Assembly: GCA_023433685.1 (NCBI GenBank)
Contig: JAEYUD010000073.1
Span: 2,750-66,749 of the forward strand
DNA from: Bacteroidota bacterium
GTDB lineage: Bacteria; Bacteroidota; Ignavibacteria; Ignavibacteriales; Ignavibacteriaceae
Direction: 5' to 3'
Length of the DNA: 64,000 nucleotides
Shown: piece by piece, positions 28,540 to 38,423 of the stretch
Layout of the letters: each line of letters starts with the position of its first letter
Numbering within the stretch: the stretch's first letter is position 1
Made by a program: the position numbers and the translations under genes
The notes under the pieces: generated by a model
The model's database searches: none
What the model saw: the letters and a program-made list of their open reading frames with translations, nothing else
Told to the model about the DNA's origin: nothing

Positions 28540-30021
28540 TCATCTCCTTTTCAATTTACCGGCTATGGTCTGCTTGATCACCGACAGCTCACGGGGGCTC
28601 ACCACACCCGTAACCACCATTACAGCGGGGTACGCGACCGCGAGAAGCAGTTTCCACAGAATTGAGACTTCCCTCCCGTCTATAAAGGTGTAGAAAATGC
28701 CGAACACTGCCGCTATAAGGATCAAAACGGTTATAATTTTCCGGTACTCATAATTAATTTCAAAAAGCTTTCTTCCATAATAAAAGAAAGCGAACGCTAT
28801 TATCATGTACGCGCCGAGTGTGGCGAGGGCGGCACCCATTATCCCCATCACCGGTACTAATGCAAAGTTTAACGCCACATTCGCCACGGCACCAATTCCC
28901 AGCAGTATCGGAACAGGGATGCTCTTCTCTTTAATATAGAACGACGCGTTAAAATTAACGTAAAAACCGTAGAACAGGTACCCGAGAAGGATTACCGGGA
29001 TAATCCCGCGCCCCGGCCAGAAAGCTTCGCCAAGGAAGTGTATCCTCCCGACTCCAAACTCCGTGATGTTCTCGATGAAGAGTGTTAAATAGACAACAAT
29101 AACGCTCCCGACGATCGTAAAATATGTAAACACTTTGGCGAAAAGGTCTTTCGCGCTTTCATCGTTGGCATGTTTCAGAAAAAAAGGCTGCCACGCGAAC
29201 TGAAACATGCTGACAAAGAGCATCATGAAGATTCCCAGTTTGTAATTCGCGTTGTAAATGCCGAGCGTGTTAAGGTCCGTTAATCTCTCAACGATCGGTT
29301 TGTCAACCACCTGCATCACCATGGCTGCAAATCCCGCGGGGAGGAACGGAAGGCCAAACTTCATCAGACGTTTCAGAAGGGAGAACTCAAACTCGAAAGA
29401 AAGATTCGCGTAAACATAAGGTGAAAGCGCTAAAAATGTGTAGATCGAAGCGATCAGATTTGCGATGAAAACCGCCTCAACCCCCATCTTGAACCAAATT
29501 ATAAGAACAAAGTTCAGCCCGATATTGATCAGTATGTTTATAACCCTGATCTTCGAAAATGTTAAAGCCTTGTTCTCAAGCCGGAGTGCAATAAATGGCA
29601 ACACTGAGATCGCGTCGAGCAACAAAATATTAATGGAATATGAGATAAGGTGCTGATATTTCGCCGCCACTTCCGGGTTAATGCTGATGGAAACCCCAAG
29701 GAAAGGCATTGCTATATAGAGCAAAAACGAAAAAAGTGTACCGGTTGTAAGAACTGTGATATATGATGTGGTGAATACCTTTTTCGATCCCTTGTTCTCA
29801 GGTAATGAACCCATCTTCAGAAACGCCGAATCCATCCCGTAAATGAAAACGATATTAAATACCGCCATGTAAGCGTAGAGGTTCGCCACCACTCCCATAT
29901 CGTTCGGATTGAAAATATTACTGTAGAAGGGTACCAAAACAAAATTAAGGAAACGGCCCACCACGGTGGATATCCCGTAGATCACCGTCTCCTTTGAAAG
30001 TTGCTTTAGCTTGTCGATCAT
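28540..30021 (-). CDS. polysaccharide/oligosaccharide flippase (MOP superfamily, Wzx-like)
   Basis: 493 aa with about 12-14 TM helices. The N-terminus is typical of polysaccharide biosynthesis proteins (SKETVIYGISTVVGRFLNFVLVPFYS). Confidence 0.65.
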   Translation of the reverse strand: MIDKLKQLSKETVIYGISTVVGRFLNFVLVPFYSNIFNPNDMGVVANLYAYMAVFNIVFIYGMDSAFLKMGSLPENKGSKKVFTTSYITVLTTGTLFSFLLYIAMPFLGVSISINPEVAAKYQHLISYSINILLLDAISVLPFIALRLENKALTFSKIRVINILINIGLNFVLIIWFKMGVEAVFIANLIASIYTFLALSPYVYANLSFEFEFSLLKRLMKFGLPFLPAGFAAMVMQVVDKPIVERLTDLNTLGIYNANYKLGIFMMLFVSMFQFAWQPFFLKHANDESAKDLFAKVFTYFTIVGSVIVVYLTLFIENITEFGVGRIHFLGEAFWPGRGIIPVILLGYLFYGFYVNFNASFYIKEKSIPVPILLGIGAVANVALNFALVPVMGIMGAALATLGAYMIIAFAFFYYGRKLFEINYEYRKIITVLILIAAVFGIFYTFIDGREVSILWKLLLAVAYPAVMVVTGVVSPRELSVIKQTIAGKLKRR

Positions 30022-30866
30022 TCCAGGGGTTTCAGTTTCAGATCGAGCGAGATATCGAGGGCTTTAATTGAATGTGTCAGTTCACCGACCGAAATGAAAT
30101 CAACCCCGGTCTCCGCCACTTCCCGCACGGTACTCAGGTTAATGCCACCCGACGCTTCAAGCAGGCAGGTATTGTTAGTGATAGCCACTGCCTCCCTGAT
30201 GGTCTCAACATCAAAATTGTCGAGCATTATTACATCAACTCCACTTTCCAATGCCTCTCCAAGCTCGTCAAGGTTTTTTACTTCCACCTCTATTTTGTAG
30301 GAAGTTTCATTTTCGAGTTGGTGCTCTTTAACAGCCTTTACTGCCGCGGTTATTGACCCGGCGGCCTCAATATGATTGTCTTTTATCAGATACATATCAT
30401 ACAGACCCGCCCGGTGATTAAGGCATCCGCCGGTCTTCACTGCCATTTTGTCTGTGATCCTTAGACCGGGTGCCGTTTTTCGTGTGTCGAGTATCTTTGC
30501 TGAAGTGCCTTCAATAGCTTTAGCGTATGCCGCGGCTGAAGTGGCAATGCCTGACATCCTCTGCAGGAAATTGAGCGCGGTTCTTTCTGCTGTGAGTATT
30601 GAGGCGGCGCTCCCCTCCACTTCAATTATCACGTCACCTGATCTGATCTCAGACCCGTCTTCGTGAAATACATTGAACTCCACTGACTCATCGACCAGTT
30701 CAAAGACCTGACGTGCCACTGATACCCCCGCGATGATACCATTGGCTTTCGCCCGGAATATTCCCGTTGCGGCACGGTCTTTTGTTAATATTGCTTCTGT
30801 CGTAATGTCGCCGCTCTTGATGTCTTCTTCGAGCGCCGACTCAATTATTCGATCTACCTGTTTCAG
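30018..30866 (-). CDS. nadC: nicotinate-nucleotide diphosphorylase (quinolinate phosphoribosyltransferase); start codon non-canonical or uncertain
   Basis: The track ORF 30018..30719 begins at an internal GTG. My upstream translation in the same frame continues, with no ATG/GTG/TTG, back to the TAA at 30870-72: LKQVDRIIESALEEDIKSGDITTEAILTKDRAATGIFRAKANGIIAGVS-VARQVF.... ALEEDI..GDITT is the conserved NadC N-terminal block. Downstream motifs are ERTALNFLQ, LDTRKT and IMLDN. Confidence 0.85.
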   Translation of the reverse strand: MKQVDRIIESALEEDIKSGDITTEAILTKDRAATGIFRAKANGIIAGVSVARQVFELVDESVEFNVFHEDGSEIRSGDVIIEVEGSAASILTAERTALNFLQRMSGIATSAAAYAKAIEGTSAKILDTRKTAPGLRITDKMAVKTGGCLNHRAGLYDMYLIKDNHIEAAGSITAAVKAVKEHQLENETSYKIEVEVKNLDELGEALESGVDVIMLDNFDVETIREAVAITNNTCLLEASGGINLSTVREVAETGVDFISVGELTHSIKALDISLDLKLKPLE

Positions 30867-30869
30867 ATA

Positions 30870-31277
30870 TTAGTCCTTAAAATATTTATCAATCAGTTTA
30901 TTGAATATCTCCGGGGATCTTACGGGTCTGCCCGTTTCAACGCTTAAAAAAGCGTGTTGGGTATAGCCGGTGGCTACAAGTCTCTCCCCCACCCTGATGG
31001 TGTAGTCGATCCGCAGTCTTGCCAGCGGTTTTGCATTCATTGCCGATTCAATCTCAAGCACTTCATCATAAAACGCTGGCGAATGGTACTTAATATACGC
31101 GTCATTCAAGGGGAGCATAAATCCGGCATCTTCAAACTCTTTGTAAGACATCCCCATCTCGCGGATGAGCTCTGTTCTGCCCACTTCGAAGAATTCAAGA
31201 TATTTACCGTTATAAACGAACTTCATCTGATCGGTATCTGCGTACCTGATCCTGACGGTGGTTTTAAAGGAGACCAT
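30870..31277 (-). CDS. acyl-CoA thioesterase, 4HBT/YbgC hot-dog family
   Basis: 135 aa. The N-terminal block RIRYADTDQMKFVYNGKYLEFFEVGRTE is typical of YbgC/4HBT thioesterases. Confidence 0.8.
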   Translation of the reverse strand: MVSFKTTVRIRYADTDQMKFVYNGKYLEFFEVGRTELIREMGMSYKEFEDAGFMLPLNDAYIKYHSPAFYDEVLEIESAMNAKPLARLRIDYTIRVGERLVATGYTQHAFLSVETGRPVRSPEIFNKLIDKYFKD

Positions 31278-31279
31278 TT

Positions 31280-32242
31280 TTACTCCTGATAAGCCCCGAT
31301 GCCCGCGAATTTTTCGATCCTTGAATCAACAAGTTTCTCAGGCTTTATTTTCACAAGGTTTGTGAGTTCCTCGGTAATGGCAGCTTTAAGAATGTCTGCC
31401 ATCTCCTGATGGTTTTTGTGGGCACCACCCAGCGGTTCAGGTATGATCCTGTCGATCACCTTAAGCGGAAGGAGGTCTTGAGCGGTCAGCTTTAATGCTT
31501 CCGCGGCTTGCTCTTTGTACTCCCAGCTTCTCCAAAGGATACTGGAGCAAGATTCCGGACTTATAACAGAGTACCACGCGTTCTCGAGCATAAGTATCCT
31601 GTCGCCCACTCCCATTCCAAGCGCGCCGCCACTGGCGCCTTCACCAATTATAACGACAACTATCGGTACTTTCAGTCTTGCCATTTCAAGAAGATTCCGG
31701 GCGATGGCTTCGGCCTGGCCCCGCTCTTCGGCTTCGAGACCGGGGAACGCCCCGGGCGTGTCAAGAAGTGTAACCACCGGAAGGTTGAACTTCTCGGCAA
31801 GTTTCATCAGCCGGAGTGCCTTGCGGTAACCTTCAGGATTCGGCATTCCGAAATTCCTGTAGAGATTGCTTTTGGTGTCACGGCCCTTCTGCTGACCGAT
31901 TATCATCACCTTAAAATCACCGATCCTGGCGAAACCACCTACAACGGCTTTGTCATCTCCGAAGGTGCGGTCACCATGAAGTTCCATGAAATTGCCCGTC
32001 ATGTTGTATATGTAGTCTAGCGTGTAAGGCCGGTCGGGGTGTCGGGCGAGCTGTACCTTTTGCCACCGGGTGAGGCTTTGATAGATATTCTCTTTAAGCT
32101 GTTTCACTTTGTCTTCTATCTTGGCTATTTCGCCATCGATCTGAAGACCGTCGGATGCTCTTTTCATCTCGACGAGTTTTTCTTCAAGCTCAATTATCGG
32201 TTTCTCAAAGTCCAGTATCGTCTTTGCCATTTTAATGTTCAT
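31280..32242 (-). CDS. accA: acetyl-CoA carboxylase carboxyltransferase alpha subunit
   Basis: 320 aa with AccA blocks ([59 protein letters not shown]). Confidence 0.9.
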   Translation of the reverse strand: MNIKMAKTILDFEKPIIELEEKLVEMKRASDGLQIDGEIAKIEDKVKQLKENIYQSLTRWQKVQLARHPDRPYTLDYIYNMTGNFMELHGDRTFGDDKAVVGGFARIGDFKVMIIGQQKGRDTKSNLYRNFGMPNPEGYRKALRLMKLAEKFNLPVVTLLDTPGAFPGLEAEERGQAEAIARNLLEMARLKVPIVVVIIGEGASGGALGMGVGDRILMLENAWYSVISPESCSSILWRSWEYKEQAAEALKLTAQDLLPLKVIDRIIPEPLGGAHKNHQEMADILKAAITEELTNLVKIKPEKLVDSRIEKFAGIGAYQE

Positions 32243-34211
32243 TCATTAGTTTATTAAAAGTCTTGCCTATTATCTCAAGATCCAGCCAAATGTTCTGGTT
32301 CTTCGCGTAAAAGATATCGGATTTCACCGATTCTTCGTCTTCATCAATATCTGTGAACCAAAATCCCGTTAACCCCTTCTTTCCAAGCCAGGGTTCGCCG
32401 GTCGCCGCCTCTGTTCTGGGACCTACAATGCTGTACTTTCCCGATAGAACCGCTGTGCAACCCGCGACAAACGCGTAAAGCCGGCTTTTTCGCCCGGTAA
32501 CAACCCTCCCGGCAAAAAGAAAAGGAAATAAGAAGATCAAGATAAAAAGTGAAAAGAGAAAATCAAAGGATTTCTTTATAACCCGGTGAAGTGGCAACCC
32601 GATATTATAGTTCACTTCAAAGAGCTGGATCTCATTCAAGATCGAAACTTCCGACTTGCTCACCATGAAATCACTCTCACCACCCGTTATCTGAAACTCA
32701 ACATTCTCACGCCGGCAGGCGGCCACAATTCCGATGATGGTGTTGTAGCTCAACTCACCTGTTGTGAAAATAACCTCTTCGATGCCCCGCTCCCTGATAA
32801 CACGGATAATATTGTCGATACTGCCGACCACCTCGAAGCCCTCGATCCTCTCCCCGATCTGAATACGGCTCGTGCCGATAAGCCCGGCAATGCGCGATCC
32901 CCCTTTTTTCTTCTGCAATTTATGCGCCAGTTTAACAGCCTCATCACCTGTTCCAACTATCGCGGCTCTCTTTCTGAATGAAATGTCGCCCGATACCCCT
33001 GCTTTGAACCACAACTTCGCGAAAATCCGCCACCCCCCCAGCGTAAATGGCAGTGTAAAATAAAGGATCAATACCACACCGCGTGAGAAGGCGTAATCCT
33101 TAAAGAAGAATGTCAGCGAGGTAATAACAAAAAAACCCGCGACCACCGCGCCGAAAGTCCGCAAAACCGAAAGCCGGTCCTTTTTATAAACCGAGAGAAC
33201 AGCCGAAGTGAGTAGATGCACCAGCACGGGGATGGTGTAGATCACGGGAATTCCATAGTCAGGTATTCCCGAAGCCCACTTCTTGTAATTTGTATATATC
33301 TCTACCGCGACAAACATGGTAAGATTGTAGAAGATCATATCCATAAAAAGCGAAAGCATTACAAGCTTCCTCTTCCCCAAAAACGCGATCATCTCCCTGA
33401 AGAATATCGCGGAACGAAGGAACAGCAACAGGAACCATGAACCCGCGTAGTACTTCTTCACAAAGATGTGCATCGCCTCGTAGAAAACCTTCACTTCGTT
33501 AAGGTTGCTCCTCTTTGTGCTCTCCCCTTTATAGTGGATTATCTCTGTTGAGTGAACGTAATAAACTTTGTAACCCGCCTTGTTCACCCGGTAGCAGAGA
33601 TCGAGGTCTTCGCCGTACATGAAGAAAGTTTCGTCCAACCCTCCCGTCTTTTCATATACTTCACGCCTCATCATCATGAAAGCACCGGAGATGGCATCGA
33701 CCGAATAAGTCTTGTTCTCATCAAGATATGTCAGGTTGTATCGCGCGAAGAGTGGACTGCCGGGGAAGAGTGTTGAAAGCCCGGTAACTTTTGTGAATGA
33801 CGCCCAGGGCCCCGGGAATCCGCGTCTGCACGCGAGCTGGAGGGTACCGTCGGTATTAAGCAGTTTGCATCCTGCCATACCGGCATCAGGAGTGGATTCG
33901 AAGAACGCTATCATTTTTTCGAACGTGTCTTCTTTTACGAGTGTATCAGGATTCAGCAGAAGAAGATATTTCCCTGTCGCCTCCTTTAACCCGAGATTGT
34001 TCGCCTTGCTGAATCCAAGGTTCCGGCTGTTCACGATCAGCTTCACACCGGGATATTTTTGCCTGATCAGCTCAATACTGCCATCATCAGAGGCATTGTC
34101 AACTATTATTACTTCGGTCGATATCTTTTTTGAAGCACTCTTTATCGACTCGAGCAGGTTCTGTATGAACTCCTTAACGTTGTAATTGACAATTATTATC
34201 GAGAGATCCAC
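32232..34211 (-). CDS. fusion protein: N-terminal GT2 glycosyltransferase plus full-length but catalytically gutted WbaP-like polyprenyl-P glycosylphosphotransferase module
   Basis: 659 aa. Residues 1-235 are GT2 (IIIVNYN..., [27 protein letters not shown]). Residues 255-400 are a TM bundle. Residues 414-510 are CoA-binding-like ([14 protein letters not shown]...[10 protein letters not shown]...EEVIF). Residues 545-567 are a Bac_transf-type helix ([25 protein letters not shown]). After that come only [11 protein letters not shown] and a C-terminal remnant. Confidence 0.65.
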   Translation of the reverse strand: MDLSIIIVNYNVKEFIQNLLESIKSASKKISTEVIIVDNASDDGSIELIRQKYPGVKLIVNSRNLGFSKANNLGLKEATGKYLLLLNPDTLVKEDTFEKMIAFFESTPDAGMAGCKLLNTDGTLQLACRRGFPGPWASFTKVTGLSTLFPGSPLFARYNLTYLDENKTYSVDAISGAFMMMRREVYEKTGGLDETFFMYGEDLDLCYRVNKAGYKVYYVHSTEIIHYKGESTKRSNLNEVKVFYEAMHIFVKKYYAGSWFLLLFLRSAIFFREMIAFLGKRKLVMLSLFMDMIFYNLTMFVAVEIYTNYKKWASGIPDYGIPVIYTIPVLVHLLTSAVLSVYKKDRLSVLRTFGAVVAGFFVITSLTFFFKDYAFSRGVVLILYFTLPFTLGGWRIFAKLWFKAGVSGDISFRKRAAIVGTGDEAVKLAHKLQKKKGGSRIAGLIGTSRIQIGERIEGFEVVGSIDNIIRVIRERGIEEVIFTTGELSYNTIIGIVAACRRENVEFQITGGESDFMVSKSEVSILNEIQLFEVNYNIGLPLHRVIKKSFDFLFSLFILIFLFPFLFAGRVVTGRKSRLYAFVAGCTAVLSGKYSIVGPRTEAATGEPWLGKKGLTGFWFTDIDEDEESVKSDIFYAKNQNIWLDLEIIGKTFNKLMNEH

Positions 34212-34223
34212 TAACTGAAGCCT

Positions 34224-34958
34224 TTACAGCGTCCCGAAAATACTGGCGAATCGGAGCTTCCAAACCATGAAAACAGCCTCATAAACTATCTTTTTCGACA
34301 TTTTTGAGGTACCCTGAAAACGGTCAAAAAAGATGATCGGTATCTCGTCTAATTTGAAGCCCTTCTTCCATGCCTTGAAGTTCATTTCGATCTGAAACGC
34401 GTAACCATTCGACTGTATTTTGTCAAGGTCGATCGATTTCAGCACTTCCACTTTGAAACATTTGTAACCGCCTGTGGCATCCTTTACGGGAAGTCCTGTG
34501 ATAACCCTGGTGTACCAGTTGGCAAAATAACTCAGGAGCAGCCTCTTCATGGGCCAGTTTATAACATTCACGCCTGTTAAGTAGCGGCTGCCGATAACCA
34601 GGTCAGCAGGACCAATTTTTTCAAGGAACTTTGGCACGAGCTTCGGATCATGAGAAAAATCAGCATCCATTTCGAAGACATAATCGTAACCGTTATCTAT
34701 CGCGTATTTGAAACCGGCACAATAGGCTGTACCAAGCCCCATCTTGCCGGCACGACGAAGAATATGGATATTACTGTTCTCTTTTGTCTTCTGTTCGACA
34801 AAGTCACCCGTTCCATCCGGAGAGTTGTCATCAACAACAAGGACGTGCAGCCCCTCGACCCCGAGCCCGAACAGGACCGGAAGAAGGTTCTCGATGTTCT
34901 CCCTTTCGTTATATGTTGGCACAATAATTAATGTCTTCTTTTCCATACTGTAATCCAT
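34224..34958 (-). CDS. polyprenol-phosphate mannose (or hexose) synthase, Dpm1/Ppm1-like GT2
   Basis: 244 aa with LIIVPTYNERENI, VVDDNSPDGT and MDADFSHDP motifs characteristic of Dpm1-type enzymes. Confidence 0.75.
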   Translation of the reverse strand: MDYSMEKKTLIIVPTYNERENIENLLPVLFGLGVEGLHVLVVDDNSPDGTGDFVEQKTKENSNIHILRRAGKMGLGTAYCAGFKYAIDNGYDYVFEMDADFSHDPKLVPKFLEKIGPADLVIGSRYLTGVNVINWPMKRLLLSYFANWYTRVITGLPVKDATGGYKCFKVEVLKSIDLDKIQSNGYAFQIEMNFKAWKKGFKLDEIPIIFFDRFQGTSKMSKKIVYEAVFMVWKLRFASIFGTL

Positions 34959-34969
34959 TCTTCGGGGCG

Positions 34970-36373
34970 TTATTCGTAATGTCCTTTACCGAACAGTACT
35001 ACAAATACCGTCCGGAATAAAATTTTTATGTCGGTCTTCAACGACATGTTCTCGATGTAAAAAAGATCGAACTGAAGTTTCGTTTTAACGTCTTCAATGT
35101 TTTCATCATATTTGTGCTTCACCTGTGCCCACCCTGTTATCCCGGGTCTCACGCGGAGCCTTCTTTTGTAATAAGGTATTTCTTTCGCCAATTGCTCAAC
35201 AAAGAAGGGGCGCTCGGGTCTGGGGCCAACGAGGCTCATCTCACCTTTGAAAACATTCCATATCTGCGGCAATTCATCTATCCTCACCCGGCGGATGAAC
35301 TTGCCAACCCTTGTTATACGGGGGTCATCTTTAGTTGACCAGATCGGTCCGGTTCTTTTCTCCGCGTCCTGATACATCGATCTGAATTTGTAAACTTTAA
35401 AAACCTTGCCATTTAGCCCGCTCCGCTCCTGCTTGTAGATAACGGGCCCCTTGCTGTCTAACTTTATCGCAAGGGCTGTAGCCAAAATGATGGGGGAAGC
35501 CACTATCAGCATTATGAATGATACAACCACATCGATCACCCTTTTTGCCGCCCGCTCCCACTCCGTCATCAACTGCGGATTAATATCGATTAACGGGAAA
35601 CCATATAGCTGCATAGTACGCGCCTGACCGCTGAGTATCTCGTAAAGGTCAGGGATAATTTTAAGCATCACATCCTTGTTCTCACAGCGCGAAATTATCT
35701 CGATCAGAAGATCATCGTGCTGGCGGCTTACAGAGAGGATCACTTCCTTAACCCCGAGCCGGTCAATAATATCTTCTATCTCGTTCACTCTTCCGGCGAC
35801 CTCAACCCCGTTGTACTCTTTCCCGAGGTTTTCCTCTTTGATCGCGACATAGGCGATAACATCAATACCGAGTGCCGGGTGCGAATTTATCTGGTCATGT
35901 ATCTCTTGCGCCCGCTCGTTAAACCCAACGATAATTGCCTTCTTCCTGCCAATTCCGTTCACGAGGAGTTTTCTCTGAATCGATCTTAGCAGCAGCCTCC
36001 CGGAGATGGTGAGTGAAACCATCAATCCCCAGTATATGAAGATCAGGAACCTGTTCCCCCTGCTTTCACCGCTGCCGGAATCATCGATAAAGATCGCGAA
36101 GAACAGGATGAAGGTACCCCAAAAAGTCGTTTTTACGAGGGTGAATATCTCATCGAACCTGCTAAGGGCAAACCAGGTGCGATACATCCCAAAAAATACA
36201 AAGAGCACAAACCAGTAAAAGAAAATCACGAGCATCGGAATAACAAAACCCGGCTCGGTGAACTGCGCGAAAATGCCTGACTCGTTCCGGAGATAGAAAT
36301 AAATCGCCCACGCGAGGTTTATCGTGACGAAGTCAGCGGCAATTAATAAAAATTTTTCCTGTCTCTTGTTCAA
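34970..36373 (-). CDS. exopolysaccharide polyprenyl glycosylphosphotransferase (WbaP-like initiating enzyme)
   Basis: 467 aa with an N-terminal TM bundle and a central CoA-binding-like domain. The Bac_transf core is intact (GPVIYKQERSGLNGKVFKVYKFRSM, DELPQIWNVFKGEMSLVGPRPERP, PGITGWAQV). Confidence 0.85.
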   Translation of the reverse strand: MNKRQEKFLLIAADFVTINLAWAIYFYLRNESGIFAQFTEPGFVIPMLVIFFYWFVLFVFFGMYRTWFALSRFDEIFTLVKTTFWGTFILFFAIFIDDSGSGESRGNRFLIFIYWGLMVSLTISGRLLLRSIQRKLLVNGIGRKKAIIVGFNERAQEIHDQINSHPALGIDVIAYVAIKEENLGKEYNGVEVAGRVNEIEDIIDRLGVKEVILSVSRQHDDLLIEIISRCENKDVMLKIIPDLYEILSGQARTMQLYGFPLIDINPQLMTEWERAAKRVIDVVVSFIMLIVASPIILATALAIKLDSKGPVIYKQERSGLNGKVFKVYKFRSMYQDAEKRTGPIWSTKDDPRITRVGKFIRRVRIDELPQIWNVFKGEMSLVGPRPERPFFVEQLAKEIPYYKRRLRVRPGITGWAQVKHKYDENIEDVKTKLQFDLFYIENMSLKTDIKILFRTVFVVLFGKGHYE

Positions 36374-36377
36374 TTCT

Positions 36378-37325
36378 TCAGTCGTTATTCTTCTTTAAAG
36401 GTTTTCTCTCGTCAAGTTTCCGCAGGTGAAGAATGTAGACGAGACCTGCCCCGTATCCGCCCCATAAGGCGTTAAGGGCTTTCTTTTTCTCAGCTGCCCC
36501 CTTTATGATCGCCAGCGATTTCAAAACGGTGATCGCTGTTGAGTAAAGTATCACGTAGATTCTGGCAAGAAAACCGTGGTTCCTGAAAATAAGGAACCGG
36601 TTCCTCGTAAAATAGTAGTGATACAGCAACGAGTATTCTTCAAATGACTTCCCCGCTCCCGACTGATGGTACATAACAGCCTTGGGAGCATAAATTATTT
36701 TGAATTTTTTATTCACTCTGAGGGAATAATCGAGATCCTCAAAGTACATAAAGAAAAATTCACTCATGAAACCGGAGGTTTCAAAAACCTCTTTTTTTAT
36801 CAGAAGACAGGCCCCTTCAGCGTGAGTGATCTCTTCCTCATCGTTCCGGTTACTTGCGGCATCTGTCCCCTTCCCGAGCGAAACATTTCCACACCTGTAA
36901 AAAAGGTATTTGCTCCCCGCGCAGTAGATCTTTTCCCGCTCGTCAAGGTAAAGCACCTTCGGCGAGACAATTCCAATTTTTTCATCTTTTCCGGCAACTT
37001 TTACAAGTTCCGAAATGGTGCTTCCGGAGAACTCTGTATCGTTGTTCACGTAAAGAACATAGTCGGCGCCCTGTTCCAAAGCGTATCTCGCGCCGGTGTT
37101 CATCCCTCCCGCGTAGCCGGTGTTCTCCGGGTTAAGAATTACCGGGACATCCTGCAGTTCCGTGGCGAGTTTCTTTCCACTCCCGTCGGGTGATGCATTG
37201 TCAACAATCACCGGGAAAACCGCGCTGTAACTCTCCCTTTGAATGCTCCTGAGGCAGTTCATTGTGTCTTCATAGCCGTTGTAGTTCAGGATAACGGCAA
37301 AAACCTTCTTCAAACCGGTGCTCAC
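36378..37325 (-). CDS. GT2 family glycosyltransferase
   Basis: 315 aa with FAVILNYNGYEDT, VDNASPDGS, YVNNDT and FFMYFEDLDYSLR (rhamnosyltransferase-like GT2 pattern). Confidence 0.75.
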   Translation of the reverse strand: MSTGLKKVFAVILNYNGYEDTMNCLRSIQRESYSAVFPVIVDNASPDGSGKKLATELQDVPVILNPENTGYAGGMNTGARYALEQGADYVLYVNNDTEFSGSTISELVKVAGKDEKIGIVSPKVLYLDEREKIYCAGSKYLFYRCGNVSLGKGTDAASNRNDEEEITHAEGACLLIKKEVFETSGFMSEFFFMYFEDLDYSLRVNKKFKIIYAPKAVMYHQSGAGKSFEEYSLLYHYYFTRNRFLIFRNHGFLARIYVILYSTAITVLKSLAIIKGAAEKKKALNALWGGYGAGLVYILHLRKLDERKPLKKNND

Positions 37326-38245
37326 CCTTCTATGATCTCTTTTAAGCGGGGGCCTCTGCCGGCACCAAGTTCATGACTGAAGTAATCTGAAAGCGCCGCT
37401 CTGGCAACTTTAGAGAAAGTCTTGTTAATAACCGACCACACCGTGATTTTCAGCATTATCACCAGACCAAAATAAACAGACGTCACTATTCTTGTTAATC
37501 CACGGTTCATTTTATTGTTCAGGAGGAACCTGTTCCGCACTGAATAATAAAGCTTGAGCGGACTCTCTTTTTCCCCCAGTACCTTGTGGTATATTATCGC
37601 GGAGGGCTGGTAAAGCAGCTTAAATCCGTATGATCTTATACGCGCCGAGAACTCAATATCGTCAAGATACATGAAAAAATCTTCATCTTCAAACCCTGTT
37701 TTTGCAAGATGGTCGGTTCTAAAAAGGATCATACAGCCGGTCAGAAAATCTGTCTCCGTCAGCTCCCGGACACTTCTTTGTTCAAAAGGGAGCCCTTTGT
37801 CAATGTGGATAGCGAGCCCACGCCATTTGATCATTTTTCCGTTGCCGAACCATATTGTGTTTCTGTCATGCTCAGCGAGTATGAGACCTCCAACCCCGGC
37901 GGCATCACTGTGTGATTCAAGCGCGTTCACAAGTTGGGTTAGGAAACCGGGTTCAACAAGTGTATCGTTGTTCAGAACAAGCATATACTTGGGGTTGAAC
38001 TTTGCAGCCTCCCTGAAACCACGGTTTATTCCTCCCGTGTAACCAAGATTCCTCTCTGTTACGCACAGATCAAGTTCCGGAAAACTGCTTCTGAATACCT
38101 CAACCGAATTGTCAGCGGAAGAATTATCAATTATGAGAATTTTGTAATTGCCGTAATCGATCTTCTTCAATGATTCTATACATTCAACCGTATCTTTTGC
38201 CCCGTTGTAGTTAAGCAGTATTATCACGGTCAGCGGTTGTGGCAT
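37322..38245 (-). CDS. GT2 family glycosyltransferase
   Basis: 307 aa with VIILLNYNGAKDT, IDNSSADNS, VLNNDT and FFMYLDDIEFSAR. It is a paralogue of the preceding gene, with a 4-nt overlap. Confidence 0.75.
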   Translation of the reverse strand: MPQPLTVIILLNYNGAKDTVECIESLKKIDYGNYKILIIDNSSADNSVEVFRSSFPELDLCVTERNLGYTGGINRGFREAAKFNPKYMLVLNNDTLVEPGFLTQLVNALESHSDAAGVGGLILAEHDRNTIWFGNGKMIKWRGLAIHIDKGLPFEQRSVRELTETDFLTGCMILFRTDHLAKTGFEDEDFFMYLDDIEFSARIRSYGFKLLYQPSAIIYHKVLGEKESPLKLYYSVRNRFLLNNKMNRGLTRIVTSVYFGLVIMLKITVWSVINKTFSKVARAALSDYFSHELGAGRGPRLKEIIEG

Positions 38246-38423
38246 TGGGCTTTCAAAATTAATTAAAAATAAACTTTAAATATACAGAATTCCTTGAAGT
38301 GGAAATTGCTGTCACTTCTGCTCCCAAGGTGTATCTTCTCTAAATCATCAACGCTCTTAAGCCGCCGGCAAGGTTCTAAAGTTTCTGTGCCGTAAATTAC
38401 GGTCTTAAAAATCTGAAATTTGT

